A stretch of DNA of 51,275 bases from a virus (IMGVR_UViG_3300035670_000056:64001-115275); one strand, 5' to 3'; shown: positions 33,385 through 43,961, counted from the stretch's first letter. Notes: generated by a model not told the origin, from the letters alone. Made by a program: numbers and translations.

Positions 33385-34989
33385 ATGATTAACTTGGATA
33401 TCAAGTGGTCTGATCCAGTTCAAATCGAAAAAGGTGGTGATATAACCTTTCAACGTGAGTGGACAATTACACCTGCTTACTTAAATCAATTCTTTGCTTA
33501 CTGGAAAGTAAACAAACTGATGTTGAAAAGTAAAGGTTACGGAGTCACAAAACGAAATGAGGACTGGGTTCTTACAGAAACCAAAGATAATCCAACACTA
33601 TTCAGAGATCCAAAGAAACCCAAACAAAAAGTAGACGAAACACTACCAGACTATGAAGTAAAATTGCCAGATGGTTTACGTCCGTGGCAAGTTGGCGCTG
33701 TAGGCAAGATAGTATCTTCACTCAAGAAGTGGGGTGCTGCCGTTGATGGTAGCGACGTAGGCATCGGCAAGACATACACTGCAACAGCTGTAGCGAGAGA
33801 GTTAAATATGGACATTATGATTGTATGTCCTAAAGCAGTTAAAGAATCGTGGAAACGTGTTATTAAGAACCACTTTAAAATGTGGGGCAAGTGTGTAGGT
33901 ATTACTAACTATGAAGCTCTACGTACTGGTAAAACTGATAATATATTTGCCTCTTATGTAAAACGTAGAGATACCCACCGTAAAGAATTTGTCTGGAAAA
34001 TACCTAAGAATACTCTCATTGTATGGGATGAAGCACAAAAGTTAAAGAATGCCAAGACCAAAAATAGTGAAATGTGTATGGCAGCACTTAAACAAGGTTA
34101 CAAGATGTTGTTTTGTAGTGCTACAATGGCAACCAATCCATTAGAACTACGCACTGTTGGGCAATGTATTCAGTTGTTTAAAAACAACAAACAGTATTAT
34201 GAATGGGCATATGCACACGGTGTTACTAGAGGTAGATTTGGATTGGAGTTTCGTGGTAATACAGATGCTTTGAAGAAACTAAGCAATGATATATTTGTTA
34301 ACAGAGGCGTTCGTCTCAATCGTGATGCCATTCCTAACTTTCCAGAAAGTCAGATTATTGCTGAATGTTATGAAATGGAAAAAGAAGATCAAGACAAGAT
34401 CAATTCGGCTTATGCGGAAATGCAACTTGAGTTGTTGAAGATTGAAAAACTACTCAAGAAAGACAAAAAGAGCACAGAACTTACAGCTATTTTAAGAGCT
34501 AGACAAAAAGTGGAAATGATTAAAGTTCCACTATTTGTAGAAATGGTTGAAGAAGCTCTTGAAAACAATATGAGTGTTGCTGTATTCTTAAACTTTACAG
34601 AGACTATTGAAGCACTCAGTCAAAGGTTGAATACCAAATGCATTGTTAATGGTGAAGCTAAATATGCTAAAGCTCGTCAACAAAACATAGATGATTTTCA
34701 GGCAGATAAACAAAGGGTTATATTAATAAATCTCGCTGCTGGTGGTGCTGGTTTGAGTTTACACGATGTTACTGGTAAGTATCCTCGTTTGGCTTTGATC
34801 AGTCCATCCTATTCAGCTGTCAATATGAGACAGGCTACTGGTAGAGTGTGGCGTGATAGTGCAAAGAGTAAAAGTATACAGAAGATTGTGTTTGTGTCAG
34901 GCACAGTCGAAGAAAAAGTGTGTAACAGTGTAAATCAAAAGTTAGCTAACTTGGATTTACTTAACGATGGAGATATGAACTATGTCTAA
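33385..34989 (+). CDS. Superfamily 2 (SNF2-like) helicase
   Basis: DVGIGKT, WDEAQ, SAT, AGGAGLSL, QATGRVWR. Confidence 0.9.
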   Translation: MINLDIKWSDPVQIEKGGDITFQREWTITPAYLNQFFAYWKVNKLMLKSKGYGVTKRNEDWVLTETKDNPTLFRDPKKPKQKVDETLPDYEVKLPDGLRPWQVGAVGKIVSSLKKWGAAVDGSDVGIGKTYTATAVARELNMDIMIVCPKAVKESWKRVIKNHFKMWGKCVGITNYEALRTGKTDNIFASYVKRRDTHRKEFVWKIPKNTLIVWDEAQKLKNAKTKNSEMCMAALKQGYKMLFCSATMATNPLELRTVGQCIQLFKNNKQYYEWAYAHGVTRGRFGLEFRGNTDALKKLSNDIFVNRGVRLNRDAIPNFPESQIIAECYEMEKEDQDKINSAYAEMQLELLKIEKLLKKDKKSTELTAILRARQKVEMIKVPLFVEMVEEALENNMSVAVFLNFTETIEALSQRLNTKCIVNGEAKYAKARQQNIDDFQADKQRVILINLAAGGAGLSLHDVTGKYPRLALISPSYSAVNMRQATGRVWRDSAKSKSIQKIVFVSGTVEEKVCNSVNQKLANLDLLNDGDMNYV

Positions 34990-35320
34990 AGAAAAAAATA
35001 AATATCTAGTAAAGTCAGCTAATTGGTCTATGACTGTACAAGTTGATGAATCAATATTCAACGATCCACACATAGAAGCGTGTACAAAGTGTATCGAAGA
35101 CAAAATTAAAAATTTAAGAAACGATGATGACTTTTTAGTTAATCCCATAATGATAGTTAAATCGTTAAAAAGAAAAAATAGCAAAGAAAAAATAGTAAAC
35201 ACTTATAAAGTGCTTTTAAACGCTTCTTTTCCGTATAGAGCAGAAACATTGCGTAGAGTGTTTTATGATAGCACAGAAATAGATTTAGCGAAAGAGCCGT
35301 TATCATCATCTAAATTCTAA
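34982..35320 (+). CDS. Hypothetical protein
   Basis: ORF overlapping the helicase stop. Confidence 0.5.
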   Translation: MSKEKNKYLVKSANWSMTVQVDESIFNDPHIEACTKCIEDKIKNLRNDDDFLVNPIMIVKSLKRKNSKEKIVNTYKVLLNASFPYRAETLRRVFYDSTEIDLAKEPLSSSKF

Positions 35321-36063
35321 TGGACAACATATTCGACAATCAAGAAATTACCCGTAAGTTAAAAGAACTTGATGAACTTAAAAGTAAAGTTGAAAAACTA
35401 TTATCGTTAAGTGAATTGGGTGAGGATGTAAAACAAGAAATTGAAAAGATAAGAATTTTACAATCCAAGGGTATAACTATTCCGCATTTAGAAAAACAAT
35501 ATGCGGACCAATTATACCCCAAGAGACCAACAGATGGTAATAAAAGAAAGCCTATTACAGAGTCTGAAATTTTAGAAGCAATTGAAAGAACGCCTTCAGC
35601 TAGAAAAGCAGCTAAATTTTTGGGTGTAAGCTATCCCACATTTAAAACCTATTCTAAAAAATATGGTGTACATAAAACCAAGGGATGGCCAATAGTAAAA
35701 AGTGTACACATAAGAGGTCCAATTAGTCCATACAGAGGAAAATATCCTATCAATGATATATTAGATGGAAAACACCCAGAGTTTCCAGTTCATAGATTAA
35801 AAGATAAATTGATTAGAGCCAATATTAAAAAACCAGAATGTGAACAATGTGGTTTCAAAGAAAGAAGAATTGTTGATGGCAAGTTACCACTGTTACTAAA
35901 CTTTGACGATGGCAATAACAAAAATCACAAATTAGATAATATGAGACTATTATGTTATAATTGTACGTTTACCAGCGGAAAAGGTTATATTAGCAAAGGT
36001 CCAAAAATATTTGATCCTGATATATTGCAAGACAGTAAAAAGATTTTAAGACAAAGATTTTAA
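35320..36063 (+). CDS. HTH plus degenerate HNH zinc-finger protein
   Basis: ARKAAKFLGVSYPTF (HTH); CEQCG...LLLNFDDGNNKNHKLDNMRLLCYNC. Confidence 0.7.
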   Translation: MDNIFDNQEITRKLKELDELKSKVEKLLSLSELGEDVKQEIEKIRILQSKGITIPHLEKQYADQLYPKRPTDGNKRKPITESEILEAIERTPSARKAAKFLGVSYPTFKTYSKKYGVHKTKGWPIVKSVHIRGPISPYRGKYPINDILDGKHPEFPVHRLKDKLIRANIKKPECEQCGFKERRIVDGKLPLLLNFDDGNNKNHKLDNMRLLCYNCTFTSGKGYISKGPKIFDPDILQDSKKILRQRF

Positions 36064-36083
36064 CCCATATATATAATATTATA

Positions 36084-36554
36084 ATGAATAATATAAAACA
36101 TCTATTGTCGCAAAATGGCATATTGGCATCATTCAATATATGTAAAAAAATTAGTCCTACAAAAATAAAAAGCATAAAAAAGAAACTGTTAGATAAAGGT
36201 GTTGCAAAAGATAAACTAGAGGATGAACTTTACAAACACATTGCAAACAAACACGTAGATAATTCAGACATAGAAGATATACCAGGTATAATATTAGAAG
36301 GTGTACCACCTAAAATTAAAATAAAGCCGGATGTTCAGAAAAAAATAGTTTCGATGTCAAACTCAGCAAGCAGTTACTTCAAGAAAAACAAATTAACAAA
36401 AGAAGAAATAATATTATATATACAGGCTGTGTTTTTTCTGTGTGGAATAACAAATGACGATGTTGTAAAATTTAAAGAAAAATATAATATTAATAATGAC
36501 GCTGACGATGACTATTTAGATGAAGAGGACGAAGATGATGAACCTGGTTTTTAA
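36084..36554 (+). CDS. Hypothetical protein with an acidic tail
   Basis: DDDYLDEEDEDDEPGF C-terminus. Confidence 0.55.
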   Translation: MNNIKHLLSQNGILASFNICKKISPTKIKSIKKKLLDKGVAKDKLEDELYKHIANKHVDNSDIEDIPGIILEGVPPKIKIKPDVQKKIVSMSNSASSYFKKNKLTKEEIILYIQAVFFLCGITNDDVVKFKEKYNINNDADDDYLDEEDEDDEPGF

Positions 36555-37670
36555 ATGAAATATCTTATGGAAATATATAATATAAATGATGTGGTTTCTT
36601 TCACAGAAAACAAAAAAGTTGCATTTGTGACGGGTGTTACTGGTCAAGATGGTAGTCTTATGGTAGATTATCTACTTAAAAATACAGACTACTTTGTAGT
36701 GGGGGGTGCTAGAAGATTGAGTATCAAAAACCACGAAAATATTAGACATTTGGAAAATAATCCCAGATTTAAATTGGTAAACTTTGATCTAAGTGATGCT
36801 CATAGTATTAGCAAAATAGTAGAGAAGTTAAAACCAGATTATTTTATCAATTTAGCTGCACAAACGTTTGTAGGTTCTAGCTGGGACTTTCCAGCACAAA
36901 CTTGGGAATGTAATACAACTGGTGTGATTCATATATTAGAAGCAATTAGACAACACAAACCTTCTTGTAGATTTTACAACGCTGGCAGTAGCGAAGAATA
37001 TGGCAATGTAGCATACACACCACAAGACGAAAATCATCCAGCAAAACCACGTAGTCCATATGGAGCGAGTAAATCAGCTGCAAGACAATTGGTTAAAGTG
37101 TACAGAGAATCCTATAATTTGTATGCGGTACAAGGTTTATTGTTTAATCACGAAGGTATTAGAAGAGGTGAAGAATTTGTCACACGTAAGATTACAAAGG
37201 GTGTAGCTAGAATCAAGAAAGCTATATCTGAAGGCAAATCATTTGAACCGATTGAATTGGGAAATGTAAAAGCCAGAAGAGATTGGAGTGATGCTGAAGA
37301 TTTTGTTGATGGTATCTGGAAAATGTTAAATCAAACACATCCTAATGAATATGTTCTTTCTAGTAATGAAACACATACCATTGCGGAATTTGTATGGTTT
37401 GCTTTTAAATCCGCTGATATTGAAGGTGCTTGGCACGGAGAAGCAGAAAGATCGGAATTTAGTATCACCACAAAAGATGCAATTAAATATGAACCCGTAA
37501 CATCTGTTTTAGTCAAAATCAATCCCAAATTCTATAGACCAGCTGAAGTAGATTTGTTATTGGGTGATAGTACCAAAGCTAGAAATGAATTGAAATGGGA
37601 ACCAAAAACATCATTTGAACAACTTGTAGACAAGATGGTTGTCAATGATTTAAAACAAATAGGACTATGA
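36555..37670 (+). CDS. gmd: GDP-mannose 4,6-dehydratase
   Basis: VTGVTGQDGS, LAAQTFV, AGSSEEYG, PRSPYGASK, LFNHEG, RDWSDAEDFV. Confidence 0.92.
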   Translation: MKYLMEIYNINDVVSFTENKKVAFVTGVTGQDGSLMVDYLLKNTDYFVVGGARRLSIKNHENIRHLENNPRFKLVNFDLSDAHSISKIVEKLKPDYFINLAAQTFVGSSWDFPAQTWECNTTGVIHILEAIRQHKPSCRFYNAGSSEEYGNVAYTPQDENHPAKPRSPYGASKSAARQLVKVYRESYNLYAVQGLLFNHEGIRRGEEFVTRKITKGVARIKKAISEGKSFEPIELGNVKARRDWSDAEDFVDGIWKMLNQTHPNEYVLSSNETHTIAEFVWFAFKSADIEGAWHGEAERSEFSITTKDAIKYEPVTSVLVKINPKFYRPAEVDLLLGDSTKARNELKWEPKTSFEQLVDKMVVNDLKQIGL

Positions 37671-38065
37671 CTGACACGTATACATTATATAACAACACCG
37701 TAATGGATCATTTTATGAACCCAAGAAATATGGGTGATATAAAAGAAGCAGATGCCATAGGTGAAGTTGGCGCAGCAGCTTGCGGCGATATTATGAAGAT
37801 CAGTCTCAAGATAGACGAATCTACACAAACAGTTACCGATGCAAGATTCAAAACTTTTGGATGTGGTAGTGCGATAGCCGCTTCATCTATGGCTACAGAA
37901 TTAATTAAAGGCAGAACCATAGAAGAACTTGAAAAGAATTTTACTAATGATAATATAGTAGATGCACTAGGCGGCCTTCCACCAGTAAAAATTCACTGTT
38001 CGGTTTTGGCACACGAAGCACTGAGTGCAGCATTAGAAGATTACAAAAAAAGAAAAGGAATATAA
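37667..38065 (+). CDS. iscU: IscU/NifU Fe-S scaffold protein
   Basis: MDHFMNPRN, ACGD, FKTFGCGSAIA, LPPVKIHC. Confidence 0.92.
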   Translation: MTDTYTLYNNTVMDHFMNPRNMGDIKEADAIGEVGAAACGDIMKISLKIDESTQTVTDARFKTFGCGSAIAASSMATELIKGRTIEELEKNFTNDNIVDALGGLPPVKIHCSVLAHEALSAALEDYKKRKGI

Positions 38066-38068
38066 ATT

Positions 38069-38332
38069 ATGTTTAACAATAAAATAGATGGTATGAATAT
38101 GCCACAACCAAATGTTAATTTTGGACTAAAAGATACACAATCCGTACAATGCACCGAATGTCAAGGTGCGGTTTTTCAAAACGGAGTTATGTTCAGAAAA
38201 GTCAGCAAAATACTAGCTGGAACAGATAAAGATGCATTGGTGCCAATTAATATTCCATATTGTGTGAACTGTTTGGAACCGTTGGACGATTTGCTTCCGT
38301 CTGAACTTAGAAAACAAAAATTTAGTTTGTAA
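38069..38332 (+). CDS. Zn-ribbon hypothetical protein
   Basis: CTEC...CVNC. Confidence 0.55.
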   Translation: MFNNKIDGMNMPQPNVNFGLKDTQSVQCTECQGAVFQNGVMFRKVSKILAGTDKDALVPINIPYCVNCLEPLDDLLPSELRKQKFSL

Positions 38333-38338
38333 ACCCAC

Positions 38339-38361
38339 AACCCCTTAAAAAAGGGGTTTTT
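38339..38361. terminator. Terminator hairpin between convergent genes
   Basis: AACCCCTT-AAAA-AAGGGGTT followed by TTT. Confidence 0.7.
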
Positions 38362-39748
38362 ATTTGTAGTTATATTTTGTCTTGATCGTCTTTGGATAAA
38401 AATGTAAACAGTCTAGTACGTCTTTATCATCAAAAACTGCCCATTTCTGCCTATCATCATTATACCAATTGTGATAAACTTCCATATTAAATGGAGATTC
38501 TAGTGTGTAGCTGACAAGTGAATCTGTGATAGACAAAAATTCTTTTTCAGCACCAAACTTACCACATATAACTTTGTTACCAATTTTTTTAGCAGTATAT
38601 GTACACAGACCAAATCCTTCACCTCTATTTAATGTAAAATATACATCTCCAAATTCGTGAATTAGATTTACTTCGTCATCACTTAAACTATCAAAACAAA
38701 ATATAATAGGTGGAATATTATCATAATTATTAAGAAGTTCTGCGAACTTATATTTCAACATTTCGGTTTGCGCTACTGTAAACTCTTTGAAATATGTTTT
38801 GATAAACAAACAAACATTGTCATCACCTGTGAATTTACTGCAAAATGTAGATATAACTTGATTTATGTTTTTACGTTCGTTATATTGACTAATGTTATAA
38901 TATACAGTGTTGTTATCTATAATACTTTTAACAAGATTTGATGATTGTGTATAAACACCGTCTTTGTAAATAAAAAATTTATTTAATACATTGTTTACGC
39001 TTAAGTTGTCATTGTGTACAAAGCTAAAAATATCGTGATACCAAACATTTATATTTTTAACTACGCCACTATCAATAAAAGATTTTTTATTAAAAAATGA
39101 AGGAACTATAACTTCATCTACCACACTTAAATTTATATAATCGACCCACTGTGAATGTAGATGAGTAGTTTCCCACGTTGTGAGACCGTATACTTTTTTT
39201 GAATTTTTACAATATTCTTTAACCTCATTCCAACCAATTGGAACGTGGTGTATAATCATTGAGTCATAAACAATCTTAGGATCATATTTGTTTTCACAAT
39301 TAAAAACCAAACGTTCTTCTTCATTACAAGGTTCATATATGGATTTGTCGAAAACATTATTAATCCAGTGAACTGTATATCCATTTTGCAATAATTGAAA
39401 TATATAATTTCTAGCGGAATAGCTATAACCACTGTAATTGTTCTGGGAAATATAAAGTATGCTTTTACCGTTTATAAAATTAAAATTCTTAAATATATGG
39501 GCAAACATTATTTCATATGTGTCCAATCTAATTATTTTAAAAATTACATCATTCTTAAAAAAATCTATGTTTTTGTTTAGACCCGAATAATATCCAGTAT
39601 TAGTGTATAGGTTTATAACCTCGGAGTGTAATGGTATTTTGGTCGTATTATCTTCCCACAAAAATAAAGCATTGACATCATTAACATCAGTACCTATCAA
39701 AACTTCTATATTAAGAGGAGATTTTCTAGCATTTATCAGTTTGACCAT
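38360..39748 (-). CDS. GT-B (GT4-like) glycosyltransferase
   Basis: SGYSYSARNY, TTWET, RGEGFGL. Confidence 0.8.
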   Translation of the reverse strand: MVKLINARKSPLNIEVLIGTDVNDVNALFLWEDNTTKIPLHSEVINLYTNTGYYSGLNKNIDFFKNDVIFKIIRLDTYEIMFAHIFKNFNFINGKSILYISQNNYSGYSYSARNYIFQLLQNGYTVHWINNVFDKSIYEPCNEEERLVFNCENKYDPKIVYDSMIIHHVPIGWNEVKEYCKNSKKVYGLTTWETTHLHSQWVDYINLSVVDEVIVPSFFNKKSFIDSGVVKNINVWYHDIFSFVHNDNLSVNNVLNKFFIYKDGVYTQSSNLVKSIIDNNTVYYNISQYNERKNINQVISTFCSKFTGDDNVCLFIKTYFKEFTVAQTEMLKYKFAELLNNYDNIPPIIFCFDSLSDDEVNLIHEFGDVYFTLNRGEGFGLCTYTAKKIGNKVICGKFGAEKEFLSITDSLVSYTLESPFNMEVYHNWYNDDRQKWAVFDDKDVLDCLHFYPKTIKTKYNYK

Positions 39749-39769
39749 AACAAAAATAACTATATTAAA

Positions 39770-40108
39770 CTAATCAAGCAACATTTTTTTATTACTTACT
39801 TTTTCATCAATTATACCCATCTTTCCCTTAAGCATTCTCAAAGCAGCTTTGGGATTCATTTTGCCAAAGTTAAATCCCATTATTCCGTATCTTTGACAAA
39901 ACTCTTCTAACTCTTGAATATCTTTTGGGTCATATTGTTGAACTACATCATTATTATAACCTGTATCAGTATCTACATTTGATTGTCTACGTCTCAACAT
40001 AGCTTGGTAGGGATCAAAGCCATTAATAGATGATACAGGCGCACTCTGTTGACGCATTACCATCATAGCTTGTAAGTTACCCATACCTATTGTTGGCCAC
40101 TCACTCAT
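39770..40108 (-). CDS. Hypothetical protein
   Basis: 112-aa ORF in a co-oriented run. Confidence 0.5.
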   Translation of the reverse strand: MSEWPTIGMGNLQAMMVMRQQSAPVSSINGFDPYQAMLRRRQSNVDTDTGYNNDVVQQYDPKDIQELEEFCQRYGIMGFNFGKMNPKAALRMLKGKMGIIDEKVSNKKMLLD

Positions 40109-40111
40109 AAA

Positions 40112-42721
40112 TTAGAAATAATAGTTAAAACCAAAATATTCAGACAAGAAACGTTTCAAGAACTCATTGTTTCTTCCTTTTAATTCTTTACCACCAGCAT
40201 ATCTCTTATACTCATCCCTCATACCACCCAAATCATTTTTCAACGCAAATTCTGTAAACTTAGGAAATTTCTTTAATGTACCCATATTGAATACAAAATC
40301 AATAAACATTTCTTCTTGTTTTGGAGTCAATTTCATACCACCAAGTTCCTTATAAACTTGATCTTTTGCTTTAACCAAATCTTTTTTCAACAATTCTTCG
40401 GCTTGAGCATCAGTTATACCTTTACTAAAATCTTCTCCTTTTTGGATTTTATGACCGTATCCAATGGTATCACTTCCACCTTCAAAACTCTTATGTGGAA
40501 ACCATAACTTTTTTTGCGCGTCATATCCAACCTTACCTTGATTTTCTACCTTTTTAATATAATCAGTAAACGAACCAGATGATTTTTGAACGGATTGAGT
40601 CACAGATGGTTGATCAGTTTGTTTTATTTTAGCAGCATCTACGTTACCAGTAGTTGCTGCCAATCCCAAAGCACCAGCTGCTCCAGCTCTGAGCCAATTT
40701 TTCCAATCTTCTTGCAACTTGATAGACTCAAGAAGATGTTCTGCTAATTGTGGTTCTGTATTGAATATAAAATCTTTAAGTAATTTACCTTTTCCAGTAG
40801 CAACAATTTTTATATTCTTGTCTATGATAAAATCCTCTATCGCATCTTTTGTTTCTCGTCTCAACTTTGAAGATAAAAAGTCATAATTTGGAAGATTTGA
40901 GAGCGTTAAAAATTCACTCTGAATATCAAATACACCACGTACATAACCTTTAGCTACAGCGTTCTCGTATGTATCTACTAAAGTCGCACCTACTAAAGAC
41001 TTATCATTATTCTTGATCCAATCTTCATGACTATTACCTACATCTACTACTTTACCATTTGGAGTGAACCAATATTTTTTGTAGTAACTGTTTTCATCCA
41101 AAGTTCTACCTTCTGCGCCAAAATGGTCTAGATGATGATATACATCGTCCAAATATTCACCTGCTAAGTTCAACTTAGCTTTTACCCAATCTTCCAATTG
41201 AGTATTTGGTTGCAACATTGTTTCCAACTCCTTTGCATCACTGTTGAGTTGTTTCAAAGCTCCCATAGCCATACTACTATTGAATTCTTTGATCATATGA
41301 CGAACAACAGCTTCATAGATTTCTCTTACGGGCTTACTTTTGGTATGTTTACCAGCTTGTCTTAATCTTCTAGCTTTACAATGAGCTTTTTGACTAAATC
41401 CTTTTGGGTTACTACAATTAATGCTCTTCTTGTATGTATTACTCCACTTTTCATCTATTTGATCTTCTGGCGTACCAGCTTCTTTTTCATCACGATAAAA
41501 CTTCAAGTAATCTCTTACTGTAGCTACATAATCACACGCGTGATTCAACTTAGCCTTTACCCAGTCTTCCAAATTATCATCTACACTAAACATTGACTGT
41601 AGTTTTTCACTATAATCAATTATCTTTGTTATATCACTTTGTGCCATTTCGGCATTTTCTGCTTTTAATTTACCAACGTGATGTTTAACATCGTTATTAA
41701 TAGGGTGATCTGGATCTCCAACTCCTGTTGACATAGAATTCATCCACTGTTTTTTAGTCAATTCTTTCAATGATGCATCCGTCCAATTCTTTACATCTAT
41801 TTTTCCTTTTTGATGTAATTTAATCAAATCTGAACTATTAAATGTGTATTTACTTAAACCATTTAATTTTGTTGTCAGTTCTGGAAATTGTTTGCCTAAA
41901 CCAATTAATACCGAGTCCAAAGCACTCTTGGTTACGATGTCGCTCGCAGAAACATTTGATTTGCCAAGTTGTTTTATTTTTTCTAATTTACCAATCAATT
42001 TCAGAGCGTAGTTCTTATAAGATTGATAAGCGTTATAATTAGACATTGCTGTATCGTTTGATTCGGTCATAGATTGTAATTTCTTTAAAGCTTTTGCATA
42101 ACTAACTGGTAATTCAGCTGTTTTCATATGTGCGGTTTGTACGAAGTCTTTTTCTTTTTTAGTTAATTTGGGTTTTTCAGAAGCAATTTTTGGAACAAAA
42201 CTACTTACTAATTGAAATTTACTTGATGGATCTGATCCAGCCATTCCCATTTGAATGTATGTAGAATTTACCGGAAACTCAACCAAATACTCTTTTAAAG
42301 TGTTATATTGATTTTGTGTTATAGAGGTGTTCCAAATAGCTACAAAGTAATAATTTTTGTTTTGTAAAGTAACCAACCAAGATCTACCACTCAAACAAGT
42401 TCTTCGTAAAAACTCCATATCATCTTGCCCTCGATATTTATCTTTACGTATGTTTTGTAATTCTTTACTACCAGCATAAATTGTTTCTTTGTGGTCAGAT
42501 CCAATGCGACCTTTTAATATTAATTTTTTATCACCGTCATTATAGATTATGAAGCCATATCCATTTTCTTCGGTTCCTGTAAATATAGGCGCATATTGTC
42601 CAGTGCCACGTTCAAGAGCACTTAACGTAAAACCTCTAGCAGAAGGTGGGGTGTCCATTATATCACCTGGACCCCCCACCATATATTCCACTTTACTTAT
42701 TTGTATAGGATATGATTTCAA
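40112..42721 (-). CDS. Modular 869-aa protein with a duplicated helical module and a C-terminal phage-lysozyme (GH24-like) domain
   Basis: Two LEDWVKAKLN.A..Y...V..YL copies; KKVEN...GGSDTIGYGH...FVFNMG lysozyme-like region. Confidence 0.75.
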   Translation of the reverse strand: MKSYPIQISKVEYMVGGPGDIMDTPPSARGFTLSALERGTGQYAPIFTGTEENGYGFIIYNDGDKKLILKGRIGSDHKETIYAGSKELQNIRKDKYRGQDDMEFLRRTCLSGRSWLVTLQNKNYYFVAIWNTSITQNQYNTLKEYLVEFPVNSTYIQMGMAGSDPSSKFQLVSSFVPKIASEKPKLTKKEKDFVQTAHMKTAELPVSYAKALKKLQSMTESNDTAMSNYNAYQSYKNYALKLIGKLEKIKQLGKSNVSASDIVTKSALDSVLIGLGKQFPELTTKLNGLSKYTFNSSDLIKLHQKGKIDVKNWTDASLKELTKKQWMNSMSTGVGDPDHPINNDVKHHVGKLKAENAEMAQSDITKIIDYSEKLQSMFSVDDNLEDWVKAKLNHACDYVATVRDYLKFYRDEKEAGTPEDQIDEKWSNTYKKSINCSNPKGFSQKAHCKARRLRQAGKHTKSKPVREIYEAVVRHMIKEFNSSMAMGALKQLNSDAKELETMLQPNTQLEDWVKAKLNLAGEYLDDVYHHLDHFGAEGRTLDENSYYKKYWFTPNGKVVDVGNSHEDWIKNNDKSLVGATLVDTYENAVAKGYVRGVFDIQSEFLTLSNLPNYDFLSSKLRRETKDAIEDFIIDKNIKIVATGKGKLLKDFIFNTEPQLAEHLLESIKLQEDWKNWLRAGAAGALGLAATTGNVDAAKIKQTDQPSVTQSVQKSSGSFTDYIKKVENQGKVGYDAQKKLWFPHKSFEGGSDTIGYGHKIQKGEDFSKGITDAQAEELLKKDLVKAKDQVYKELGGMKLTPKQEEMFIDFVFNMGTLKKFPKFTEFALKNDLGGMRDEYKRYAGGKELKGRNNEFLKRFLSEYFGFNYYF

Positions 42722-42728
42722 ACCGTTA

Positions 42729-43961
42729 TTATAAACTTTCCTTTAATTTACGAAGTGTCATTGCCAATCTAGCACGTTGACCCATTTTTCCACCCTTCTT
42801 AGCAGCTGCTGCTAATTTACCGGCTGGAATCTTTTCGCCTGCTGGTACGTTAAGAGCTTTCTTCAAAGCACCTTTTTTGCCTGGGTGAATTGCTTTTTGA
42901 ATCCACTTTTTCTTGGTTTCATCAATTTCTTTGGATTGTTCAAATGTAATTTCACCCACAGTATCTTGTTCTTCACCAGCTTCAGCTTCACCACCAGCAG
43001 ATCCTTGAGGAGGTAATTGATCTTGATCCATAGTTGGAACTTGATCTTGAGCTTCGTCTCCTTCTGGTTGTTCAGGTTGTAGTTGAGTCATCAACAAATC
43101 GTGTAGTTTTTGAGCAAGTTCACGATCAAGAGTGATAGTTACATTTTCTTTTTCTGCATCTACACTTACATCGTCTTGTTCAATCTCACGAATCATTCGT
43201 TTGATAGCTTCTTTTAATTCTTGTTTATTCATAGTTGTTTGTTTGTTTTCTGCATATCCTACAAAATCATATCCACTTCCAAATGTGCCTTGACCATCTG
43301 AAGAAACTTGTGATGGAAATGGACTTTCCATAGCTCTAGCTGGATAAGCTTCACTCATTCTCCAACCGCCGCCTTTGGATTTATACCATCTAGCTGCCCA
43401 TCCATTAGCATAAGCACTTGGATAAACATCAAACTTGGATCTTGCAGCGGCCTTAGCTCTAGCCCACAAAGCGGGATTTGTTGGTTTTGGCTTTCTCTTT
43501 TTACCGCCTTTTTTTCTTCTTTTCTTTTCATCCAATATAGCTTCTTCCAAACTACTAAACACTTGTTCTTCTAATTCAATGTCAATTGTTTTATTTACAA
43601 TTGGATCACTATTTCTACCATCTACTTGACCAATTGGAGTGCCACCAGCTTTTCCGTGCATATTTCCTTGTTTTAAACCGCCATTTCCAATTCTTGATGG
43701 ATCATTAAAACTTTGATTTGGGTCGCCAAATCCAGAATTGTGTGATGCTTGAAATTCACTTGCAAGACCAGCTGACACCAACTTAGTATAATATTTTGGA
43801 TCTTCTTTAAGATGATCCATTGCTATTTCCTTAGCAATATCAGGATCATTGGTGTGTTCCATTTCTATTTGAACGCCTAAGCTTAATTGATTTGCATCAA
43901 CTTGGCTGGTTTGAGTATTATCTCCAACTCCGCCTGGTAACTTTGATAAATTATTAATCAT
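42729..43961 (-). CDS. Modular basic/acidic protein, putative head-internal
   Basis: EMEHT...IAMDHLKEDPKYYTKL, YPSAYANGW and KWIQKAI...GALKKAL modules separated by x-x-E motifs. Confidence 0.6.
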   Translation of the reverse strand: MINNLSKLPGGVGDNTQTSQVDANQLSLGVQIEMEHTNDPDIAKEIAMDHLKEDPKYYTKLVSAGLASEFQASHNSGFGDPNQSFNDPSRIGNGGLKQGNMHGKAGGTPIGQVDGRNSDPIVNKTIDIELEEQVFSSLEEAILDEKKRRKKGGKKRKPKPTNPALWARAKAAARSKFDVYPSAYANGWAARWYKSKGGGWRMSEAYPARAMESPFPSQVSSDGQGTFGSGYDFVGYAENKQTTMNKQELKEAIKRMIREIEQDDVSVDAEKENVTITLDRELAQKLHDLLMTQLQPEQPEGDEAQDQVPTMDQDQLPPQGSAGGEAEAGEEQDTVGEITFEQSKEIDETKKKWIQKAIHPGKKGALKKALNVPAGEKIPAGKLAAAAKKGGKMGQRARLAMTLRKLKESL

